Source: a bacterium
GTDB lineage: Bacteria; Patescibacteriota; Doudnabacteria; UBA920; VMFF01
Direction of reading: 5' to 3'
Assembly (NCBI GenBank): GCA_021811585.1
Contig: JAJZOG010000007.1
Span: 1 to 55,458, forward strand
DNA: 55,458 nucleotides
The position numbers and the translations under genes are program-made. Under the pieces are notes generated by a model, which was not told where the DNA came from, ran no database searches, and saw only the letters and a list, made by a program, of their open reading frames with translations. This document shows, in pieces, positions 16,004-23,294 of this stretch. How positions within the stretch are numbered: the stretch's first letter is position 1; each line of letters begins with the position of its first letter.

Positions 16004-16104
16004 AAGTTAATCTTTTTTATATACGATAAAGGTGCGGTGGAAAAAGTGTCGAAAACACCTTTTTCTCACTGCAAATGAGAATCCAAAAAGGAGGATCTTT
16101 CACA

Positions 16105-16938
16105 ATGGATACTGAATTTGGGTATTGGCAGAGGATCAACCGCAACCTGGGTATAATCTCTTATTCTGATCAGCGGCGGCTCAAGCATGCCGCTGTGGCG
16201 ATAGCCGGCTGCGGCGGAATGGGCGGGCTTATTGCCGAGCGCCTGGTTCGCGCGGGCATTGGCAAAATTATTTTGGCGGACAACCAGCAATTTGAGATTT
16301 CAAATTTGAACCGCCAGTTTGCGTCCAAACGAAAAACCATCGGCGCAAACAAAGCCCTAAGCGTACGCGATGAAATTCGGGAAATCGTGCCTGCAAATGA
16401 ATGTGCCGTCACTGTCTTGACACAAGGCGTTACGGAAAAAAACGCCGCGGAGTTTGTCAGAAGCGCGGATATTGTTTGCGACGAAATCGAATTTTTCGAA
16501 ATCGCGGCGCGCGTGCACTTGCACAAAGCCGCGCGCGCAGCGGGCTTGCGCGTCCTGAATTGCAATGTGGTTGGCTTTGGCACGAGAATTTTCCTGTTCA
16601 CGCCCGCGAGCATGACCATGGAAGATTTCTTGGAAGTTGAAGCTGAAACCCCGCTGGACGAAAATGTTATATCGCGCCTGGTCAGCCGCCTGGCGCCGGA
16701 ACTGCCTGCTTACATGAATCAGGATTTGATCTATGACTGGGTTTTCAAAAATCACAGGGCGCCAATTTTTGGGGTGACACCGGCGCTAAGCGCCGGCATT
16801 GTCGCCAACCGAGTGGTTATAGAACTGCTTGGCGCTGATGGCAAACCCGAAATAGAACCCTTGGTTCCCATGCCTGCTTATGTGGCTTTTGATTGCGCGA
16901 ATTTTAAAGTGAGCAAATTCGTAGGCAAATGGTGGTAA
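16105..16938 (+). CDS. ThiF/MoeB/HesA-family E1-like adenylyltransferase
   Basis: SD aaaggagg lies upstream of the ATG at 16105. Rossmann motif VAIAGCGGMGGLIAERLVRAGIGKIILADNQQFEISNLNRQ. Confidence 0.8.
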   Translation: MDTEFGYWQRINRNLGIISYSDQRRLKHAAVAIAGCGGMGGLIAERLVRAGIGKIILADNQQFEISNLNRQFASKRKTIGANKALSVRDEIREIVPANECAVTVLTQGVTEKNAAEFVRSADIVCDEIEFFEIAARVHLHKAARAAGLRVLNCNVVGFGTRIFLFTPASMTMEDFLEVEAETPLDENVISRLVSRLAPELPAYMNQDLIYDWVFKNHRAPIFGVTPALSAGIVANRVVIELLGADGKPEIEPLVPMPAYVAFDCANFKVSKFVGKWW

Positions 16939-17086
16939 ATAAAGTGGTAAATATATAGGATTTGCCGTCACAACAACGGCCAACCAATACAAGGTAGCCG
17001 GCGCAACAACAGCCAGCCAACGGCCGCAATAAATCGAGTGGCCAAACCAAATAATTCGGCAAACAAAAACACAAAGGAGGCAGCCA

Positions 17087-17668
17087 ATGCAAACCGAATC
17101 TGTGCGCCTGCGTGCGAAAATTTTGGAGGCAAATCCTTCGGAACTTTCGCAGGTGGCGGATTTTGTCGGCAACAAATACAGGCAGCTTTTCGGAACTTCG
17201 CCGCAAATTGCGCCTGAAGAATTATGTTTTGTTGCGAAGCAGCACGGCCGGATTGTCGGCACGATATCCGTGGAGTTTGCCGAAGGGGCAAATCAGTTCC
17301 GCCTGGAAAAAATTTACAATTTTGACCTTGGGAAAAATCGGGACTCGTTTACGGTCTTTGGGAAATTTATTGCGGAAATCCCGGGCCTTGGGCCGGCGCT
17401 TGCTTACACCGCTGTTTCTTATGCCATCGGCAGGAGAAAAAAATTCGCTCTCTGCTGTTCCAAACCGCAATTTTTAGGCATGTTGCAAAAGAAATACGGG
17501 CTCAAGTTCGCTGTCATTGCAAGCGAAATAAATTCCGGGGAGATAAACCCTTGGGATGCGGAATTTTTTGGTACTACTCCGAAGCCGCGCCTGTATTCCT
17601 GGCACTTGGCGGGATGGCATGATATTCTGAAAGAAAAAATACCGCCTTGGGCGGAGATCTGCCTGTAA
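17087..17668 (+). CDS. Thermostable-hemolysin-like / GNAT-fold acyltransferase family protein (tentative)
   Basis: SD aaaggagg. FGKFIAE...KFALCCSKPQFLGMLQKKYGLKFAVIASE...PWDAEFFGTTPKPRLY resembles the PF12261 pattern as recalled from memory. Confidence 0.45.
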   Translation: MQTESVRLRAKILEANPSELSQVADFVGNKYRQLFGTSPQIAPEELCFVAKQHGRIVGTISVEFAEGANQFRLEKIYNFDLGKNRDSFTVFGKFIAEIPGLGPALAYTAVSYAIGRRKKFALCCSKPQFLGMLQKKYGLKFAVIASEINSGEINPWDAEFFGTTPKPRLYSWHLAGWHDILKEKIPPWAEICL

Positions 17669-17760
17669 GGCAAGCAGGTTTGCCTGCAAAACAAGGAGAT
17701 CTGCCTGTAAGGCAAGCAAGGTTTTCCTGCGAAACAAGCGGATCTGCTTGTGAAAAAGAG
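17653..17760. repeat. ~42-bp tandem repeat (about 2.4 units) spanning the stop codon of the preceding gene
   Basis: ggagatctgcctgtaaggcaagca is perfect at 17653-17676 and 17695-17718, with a third degenerate unit. A hairpin plus T-run follows, at about 17755-17812. Confidence 0.85.
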
Positions 17761-17849
17761 GCGATTGCCACAATCGCCGTGATTGCCCCACAGCCGCCTC
17801 TTTAATTTTAAAATTCTTAGATCAAATTCTTGCCGGATCAAATAAAATT

Positions 17850-20057
17850 ATGATCGGACCAATCCTCTTATATATAGTGCTTTACAATTTCATTTTTGCG
17901 AGCTTCGTGTTGGCAAGCAATATTAGCGCCAAACAGAATCTTGCCTTTGCTGCTGTCGGATACGGTTTGGCAATGTGGTCGGGCGGCCTTTATTTGCTTG
18001 CGCGCGGGTACAATTTTTATTGGCCGGACAAGCTTACTCTGCTGGGCGGCTTTATTGTGCTGGGCGGCTTTTATTTTTTTTCCGCTGTTTTTCCTTCTTC
18101 GCTGCAAAGCGCGAAGAAAATTTTTTTGCAGCTTTTGCCGCTCGCGGTTTTGGTTTTGCTGCTGCCGCTCAACCTTTATATTAAAAGAGTAAGTTTTGCC
18201 GCGGAGCAGTTCAGCCCGATCAACGGGCCGCTTTTCCCGCTCATGGCATCGGCTTATTTGGCTTATATCGCCGCTGTCATCCGCAACGGATATTTGCAGT
18301 TTCGAGCGAACAACGGCTACAACCGCCAGCGGCTTTCCTATGTTTTTTTCGGCTTGATAATTTTTTTGGGCGTGGCTTTGATTTTTGATATTCTCCTGCC
18401 GGCCGCGGGTAATTCGTCGCTTAAATATTTGGGGCCGATTGCCTCGCTGTTTTTTATGCTTGCCTGCGCCGCGGGAATTGTTTCCTACCGCCTTATGGAT
18501 ATCCGTTTGCTGGCGAAATCCGTTGTCGTTAATGTTTTAAGCGGGCTTTTGTCCCTGTTTTTTCTTGTTTGGGTCGCCCGCGCGGGCTTTAGAAATGCGG
18601 CATCGCGCTCGGCTTTGGGCCTGGATCGCGTGCGGCGCCTTTCCGATGCCGCTCATGTCGCTTTTTACGGCAGGCCGCCATTTGTCCTGGTTTTTGCCGC
18701 CGCGCTTTTAATTTTTACTTTGGCGATGTTCTTGTTCTCAAAAGTTTATGAAAAATTATTTTTGGGGAACTACATCAAATTCAACCAATCTTTGAATGAT
18801 TTAAACCAGGCGCTTATCGCGGGCCTGCGCCCTGCCGAGGTTTTGGCATTGGCGAGAAAATTTTTAAAAGAAGATCTGCGCCTTTCCTGGATTTGCTATT
18901 ATGATGTCTTGCGCCAAAAATTCATCGTTGAAAAAGGCGGGCGCTTGGAAGGAGAGGTAAAAAATTTATTTTTCGTCAGCGAGCTTTTCTCCGCGCGGCT
19001 CAAAGAATTTGCGCTGCATTCCAAGGATCCGGTATTTTTCGAAAGCGCGAAAATTTTCGACGGCTTGAATCCGGGAGAAAAACCTTCGGGCCTGCTGCCG
19101 CTTTACGACAATGCCGAGCTTTTGGGATTTTTTCTGCTGGGCCCGAGCAAAAATTTAAACGGTTTTTCCGCCGCGAGCGAAGAAGATATGAAATCGGTCT
19201 GGGCGCACATTCAAACCGCTTTTGCGCGCGCGCTGTTGTATCAAAACATGGAGAACAAGATCAAATCGCAGGTGCGCGAAATCACCAGCAAGAACAAAAA
19301 ATTCGAGCAGGTTATGGAGGAACGGATGAATTTTCTCCAGCAGGCCGCCCACCAGTTGCGCACTCCTGCCGCTGCCATTACCGGCTCGTTGGAATTGATC
19401 CGCAACAGCATGGGAAAAAAGAGGCAAGATTTGGAATCCGCGAAACAGAATTTGGAGCTTGCGGAGATAGCTTATAGCCGCGCAAAAAATTTGAACGCCC
19501 TTGTTAACGGCATTTTGGGGCTCGCCAAAGTGGAGAGCGGGAGCAGGTTTGCGGATTTTCAAAATGAAGTGGATTTGGAGCGGGTTTTTAAAAATATTAT
19601 TCCTGTTTTGCGGCCGCAGATTGAAAATAAGGGGCTGATTTTGGAATTCGGCGAAAAAGAGCCGGCCTTGGATTCGGATCCGGGCCTGGACAAACGTGCA
19701 AATGAAACGCTTCCCGACAATCTCATTCTCGGCAACGCAGATTATCTTGAACAGGTTTTCTTCAATATTATAGAGAACGCGGTTATCCACACGGCTGCCG
19801 GAAAAATTAAAATTTATTTTCAGAGGGATAAAAATTTCATAATCGCGTGCGTGCAGGACACTGGGTCAGGGATAGATCCGAGCGCGGGCAAGGATATTTT
19901 TAAAAAATACGCGCGCGGAAAGGATTCCCAAGGCACTGGCCTCGGTTTGTTCATGGCAAAAACAATTATCAGTGCACACAAAAAAGCGCACATTTGGTAT
20001 GAGACCTCTCCGCAGGGGACAACTTTTTATATGCGCCTTAAAAGAATTCGCAATTAA
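17850..20057 (+). CDS. Membrane sensor histidine kinase
   Basis: Multi-TM N-terminal half. H-box FLQQAAHQLRTPAAAI, N-box NIIENAVIHT, G1 DTGSGIDP, G2 GTGLGLFMAK. Confidence 0.9.
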   Translation: MIGPILLYIVLYNFIFASFVLASNISAKQNLAFAAVGYGLAMWSGGLYLLARGYNFYWPDKLTLLGGFIVLGGFYFFSAVFPSSLQSAKKIFLQLLPLAVLVLLLPLNLYIKRVSFAAEQFSPINGPLFPLMASAYLAYIAAVIRNGYLQFRANNGYNRQRLSYVFFGLIIFLGVALIFDILLPAAGNSSLKYLGPIASLFFMLACAAGIVSYRLMDIRLLAKSVVVNVLSGLLSLFFLVWVARAGFRNAASRSALGLDRVRRLSDAAHVAFYGRPPFVLVFAAALLIFTLAMFLFSKVYEKLFLGNYIKFNQSLNDLNQALIAGLRPAEVLALARKFLKEDLRLSWICYYDVLRQKFIVEKGGRLEGEVKNLFFVSELFSARLKEFALHSKDPVFFESAKIFDGLNPGEKPSGLLPLYDNAELLGFFLLGPSKNLNGFSAASEEDMKSVWAHIQTAFARALLYQNMENKIKSQVREITSKNKKFEQVMEERMNFLQQAAHQLRTPAAAITGSLELIRNSMGKKRQDLESAKQNLELAEIAYSRAKNLNALVNGILGLAKVESGSRFADFQNEVDLERVFKNIIPVLRPQIENKGLILEFGEKEPALDSDPGLDKRANETLPDNLILGNADYLEQVFFNIIENAVIHTAAGKIKIYFQRDKNFIIACVQDTGSGIDPSAGKDIFKKYARGKDSQGTGLGLFMAKTIISAHKKAHIWYETSPQGTTFYMRLKRIRN

Positions 20058-20160
20058 AGTTTGTGCGGTTTTATACGGTTTGAAATTAAGATTCACGCCG
20101 CGTGAAATTATAATTTACTCGGTTTGAAATTAAGATTCACCCGGTTTTAATTAAAGTTTG
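20052..20160. repeat. Direct repeats in the convergent HK/RR spacer
   Basis: cggtttgaaattaagattcac occurs at 20076-20096 and 20120-20140. aattaaagtttg occurs at 20052-20063 and 20149-20160, each copy covering one of the two stop codons. Confidence 0.85.
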
Positions 20161-20822
20161 CTGATTTTGTACCCGACCGTGCTCACGGTTTTAACCAATT
20201 TGGTTTTATACGGCCTGTCCAGTTTTTCGCGCAGGTAATGAATGTGCACATCAACCACATTCGTGTACCGTTCCGTGCTCGGCCCCCAGACATAATTCAA
20301 AATCATTTCGCGCGTCAGCACTTGTTCCGGATGCCGCAAAAAATATTCCAGAATTTTTATTTCTTTCTCGCGCAAATCAAGCTGCTGCCCCGAGCGCAGG
20401 GCAACGTGTTTTTCGGTGTCTAAAATCAGATCCGCGTATTTCAAAATCGCCTCTGTCACAACGCGCTGTTTGCGGATTGCCGCGCGCACCCGTGCGAGCA
20501 ATTCCTGGAATTCAAAGGGCTTGGTTAAAAAATCATCCGCGCCCAGATTAAAAAGTTTTATTTTTGTGTTCAGGTCGGAAAGCGCGGTGAGTACAAGCAC
20601 CGGAGTGTTCGCGTTTGTTTGTCGCAGTTGCTTTAGGACCGAGTCGCCATTCCTGTCAGGCAGCATTAAATCCAAAATAATGGTATCGTAAGCATTGGAA
20701 AAAGCCGACCTCAGTCCATCCGCAGCAGTAGCGGCGCTATCTACCACAAATCTTTCACCGCGAAGGCCTATGGCTATAACCTTGGAAAGCGCGGTGTCGT
20801 CTTCTATAATTAAAATTCTCAT
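20151..20822 (-). CDS. OmpR/PhoB-family response regulator
   Basis: Receiver domain (MRILIIEDD...DLMLPDRNG...TKPF) plus a winged-helix output domain (REKEIKILEYFLRHPEQVLTRE...VDVHIHYLREKL). Confidence 0.9.
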   Translation of the reverse strand: MRILIIEDDTALSKVIAIGLRGERFVVDSAATAADGLRSAFSNAYDTIILDLMLPDRNGDSVLKQLRQTNANTPVLVLTALSDLNTKIKLFNLGADDFLTKPFEFQELLARVRAAIRKQRVVTEAILKYADLILDTEKHVALRSGQQLDLREKEIKILEYFLRHPEQVLTREMILNYVWGPSTERYTNVVDVHIHYLREKLDRPYKTKLVKTVSTVGYKISKL

Positions 20823-20828
20823 TTTTAT

Positions 20829-20850
20829 TTAATCTTTCCTTAATCTTTCC
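20829..20850. promoter_or_regulatory. Tandem 11-bp direct repeat TTAATCTTTCC x2 just upstream of the response-regulator start; candidate OmpR-type box
   Basis: Perfect copies at 20829-20839 and 20840-20850. Related TTAATCT copies occur at 20874 and 20906. Confidence 0.35.
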
Positions 20851-20936
20851 CATTTTTTAATTTTGCTATTTTTTTAATCTCTCGTTTTCACGATCTTCCA
20901 ATTATTTAATCTTTTCTTATTTTTTTGATCGTTTTC

Positions 20937-20973
20937 AAAGGCAATTGCCGGTTTTTTATGAAAGGCAATTGCC
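20937..20973. repeat. Two copies of aaaggcaattgcc (palindromic core GGCAATTGCC) 24 bp apart
   Basis: 20937-20949 and 20961-20973. Confidence 0.8.
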
Positions 20974-21391
20974 CTCTGTTTGCATTGTAGACCGCTGTTC
21001 CGGCAAGGTCAAAGCAGTTTTAATGAAAAATTAATCACAGAGCCAAGGTGCGCGCAAAGCACACATCTTTTGTTTAATCTCGCACCTTTTACTTCCCAAT
21101 GGCGCATTGAATTTGTGAGATGAACCAATAGTCCGCCTCGCGCAGTGGGGTTTACAATGGAATTGCCAATGCGAAAGCATTGACTCGCTCTTAACGGATC
21201 AGGAGGTTTGTTCATAGAAAGTTTGCTTGCGCTTACTTTCTCCAACGATCTTTTGACGTTTTCCGGGTTTCCGGACGCGCGGCAGTTCTTTTCGGAGGGA
21301 ACGCCACGAAACATTTTGCTTTTGTCGCTGATTTCTTATGGAATCAGCAGGCGCCAGCAAGAAACGAAAGGAAGAGCATCAATTTTTTCAG

Positions 21392-21418
21392 CCGCCATAT
21401 TAAAGATATGGCGGTTTT
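21392..21418 (+). terminator. Plus-strand intrinsic terminator with no annotated plus-strand gene upstream
   Basis: ccgccatat-taaag-atatggcgg followed by tttt. On the minus strand the hairpin is followed by A's, not U's. Confidence 0.55.
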
Positions 21419-21446
21419 GAAATGGAAAATTTAATACGGAAAATTT

Positions 21447-22871
21447 TTAAACCGGGTTGCCATACCTCAGTTCGGAAAGAATTTTTATAATTTCAGCGAT
21501 GTTGGCAGTGGTGTTGGCTGCGGTGTCGGCGTTGATGTTGGCAGCGGCACTGGCTGCAGTATCGGCAGCGGTGATGTCGGCTGCAGTGCCGGAGATTTTT
21601 CCCACCGGTTCAGAATTGTTTGCCAATTCAAAATTTTCCGCCCCAGAATCAGCCGCCGGTTCATTTTCAAATTTTTTCGGCGCAAAACCTTTGGCTAAAA
21701 ACGGATCATACGGCGTGCCGTCAATGGTGCAGCGCGCATAAAAATAATGCACCGGAATATTTTGCAAATCATTTTGGTCAATGGGCTTCATCTCCGGCGC
21801 GAGGAATCGCGCGTCTTGCGCGCCAATTTGGAATGTCAGCAGAGTGCCCACATTTCCCATTATGGCGCTGCGCATATTCTCCGGAAGCTGGGCAATGTAT
21901 TGGTTCGTGAGATGCACTGCCAAACCGTATTTGCGCGATTCGGAAAGCATGCTTATGAAAGCGTCGGTGAGCAGATTTTGGAACTCGTCCACATATAAAT
22001 AAAAGGGCAGGCGGTTTTGTTCCGGTAGGGAAGCGCGCTGCATCACAGCTGCTTGCAGTTTTGTCATCAAGATGAGGCCGAGCATGTGCGCGTTTAATTC
22101 GCCGATTTTTCCCTTAGAGAGGTTTACCAGCAGAATTTTTTCGTTGTTGATGATTTCGCCCATGTTAAAAGAGCTTTTTTTCTGGCCGATTATGTTTTTG
22201 ATTACGCCGTTGCTGGCGAAGCGCCCGAATTTGGAAGTGAAATAATTGAGCATTTCGGATTTGTGGAAGTCCGCGGTTTGCGCCATCTGCTTGCCCCAAA
22301 ATTCTTGCACAGTCGGATCGGTGACGAATTTGCGCTTGTGCGCCAGGAAATTTTGGTCCACAAAAAGCGTCGGGATTTCCAGGAGTGTGCCGCCTTCGGG
22401 GTCGGCCATCACTGTGAGGGCGGCGCTGCGCATCCAATGCTCGAACTGCGGGCCGATTATTCCGGTTTGGTTGGGATCAAACAATTTGTAAAAAATTTGG
22501 ATGGCTTCGGAAACCAGGAAATCTTTTTCGTTTTCATCCTTCCATTCCAAAAGGTTCAGGCCAAAAGGCGCTTCGGTCTGCGAAGGATCAAAAAGGATGA
22601 CATCGTCAATGCGGTTTCTTGGAATTTGCCCGAGAATGCGTTCGATTGCTTCGCCGTGCGGATCCACAAAGCAGGCGCCGCGGCCAGCGGCAATGTCCTG
22701 GAGAGCCATATTTTCGTAAAGCGTGGATTTTCCGGTGCCGGTTTTGCCTATCATATAAACATGGCGGAAGCGGTCGTGTTTTTTTATGCCCACGAGGAGA
22801 TTTTGTCCGCGGTAATTCGCGGTGCCGATTTCCACCTCATATATGTGCTGGGTTTTTTGGAGGGAGTTCAT
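21447..22871 (-). CDS. Type IV secretion coupling-protein-like ATPase (VirD4/TraD/TrwB family)
   Basis: Walker A IGKTGTGKST and Walker B-like LYVDEFQN. The overall pattern (FVDPHGE..., SESRKYGLAVHLTNQY) matches T4SS DNA-binding-domain proteins. The C-terminal tail is Ala/Thr/Asn-rich. Confidence 0.75.
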   Translation of the reverse strand: MNSLQKTQHIYEVEIGTANYRGQNLLVGIKKHDRFRHVYMIGKTGTGKSTLYENMALQDIAAGRGACFVDPHGEAIERILGQIPRNRIDDVILFDPSQTEAPFGLNLLEWKDENEKDFLVSEAIQIFYKLFDPNQTGIIGPQFEHWMRSAALTVMADPEGGTLLEIPTLFVDQNFLAHKRKFVTDPTVQEFWGKQMAQTADFHKSEMLNYFTSKFGRFASNGVIKNIIGQKKSSFNMGEIINNEKILLVNLSKGKIGELNAHMLGLILMTKLQAAVMQRASLPEQNRLPFYLYVDEFQNLLTDAFISMLSESRKYGLAVHLTNQYIAQLPENMRSAIMGNVGTLLTFQIGAQDARFLAPEMKPIDQNDLQNIPVHYFYARCTIDGTPYDPFLAKGFAPKKFENEPAADSGAENFELANNSEPVGKISGTAADITAADTAASAAANINADTAANTTANIAEIIKILSELRYGNPV

Positions 22872-22877
22872 ATTAAT

Positions 22878-23111
22878 TTAATCGATTCTGATAATTTTAG
22901 GAGTTAAAAATTCCTGCTCGAAAAAGACCTTGGGCAAAGCTTGTGATTGTTCCATCTCCGTTTTTCTGCGCCGGCGTTCTTTCTGCAGATCCTGTTTTGC
23001 CGCCTGCTGTTCTTCGAATTCGAGCTTTTCCAATATCAAATGATATGTCTTAAGCGGAATAAACGGTTTAATTTTTTCAAGTTTTTCGCGTCTGGTCATA
23101 CGGGTCGTCAT
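22878..23111 (-). CDS. Small charged hypothetical protein
   Basis: MTTRMTRREKLEKIKPF... has its first ATG 2 nt from the repeat element; the second ATG is at 23099. The tracked ORF extension MGWTR is encoded by the repeat. It ends 6 nt before the next gene. Confidence 0.5.
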   Translation of the reverse strand: MTTRMTRREKLEKIKPFIPLKTYHLILEKLEFEEQQAAKQDLQKERRRRKTEMEQSQALPKVFFEQEFLTPKIIRID

Positions 23112-23113
23112 AC

Positions 23114-23294
23114 GGGTCCAACCCAAACCCCCAACCTAACTCCCCAATCTAAGGACACGATTGTGGTGTTTAGGCAAGTGTTTTAATAATATTTTAATTG
23201 AGTTTCCCTTATATATTGCATAAATATCCTTAGATTGGGGGTTTGGATTAGGGGTTTAGGTTGGGGGTTTGGGTTGGGGTATTGGGTTGGACCC
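23114..23294. mobile_element. 181-bp MITE-like palindromic element, copy 1
   Basis: 41-nt C-rich left arm (23114-23154), 73-nt AT-rich core and 67-nt G-tract right arm (23228-23294). It differs from 50997-51177 by a single base. Confidence 0.85.

Noticed and set aside
15863-16078. Tracked ORF (71 aa, ...LGVWIRGLGWGFGLDP...)
   Set aside because: It is a translation of the G-tract repeat arm at 15951-16003. The same applies to the MGWT(R/L) N-terminal extensions of ORFs 22878..23126, 50557..51009 and 51165..53261.
21208-21420. 70-aa plus-strand ORF preceded by aggagg and ending in the terminator hairpin
   Set aside because: The SD-to-TTG spacing is only about 2 nt. The ORF reads through several perfect hairpins and through the terminator stem. 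It is more likely non-coding.
20976-21446. RNase P RNA or SRP RNA
   Set aside because: The partial look-alikes (TTAAGAGCGAG, GGAGAAAGT and GAAAGGAAGAGCA on one or the other strand) do not reproduce the conserved P4 or domain IV cores. The region is kept only as a generic ncRNA candidate.
23155-23227. Outward promoter inside the MITE core (TTGAGT-17-TAAATA, 23198-23226)
   Set aside because: The -10 matches the consensus at only 3 of 6 positions in a generally AT-rich core, which is not enough to call a promoter from sequence alone.
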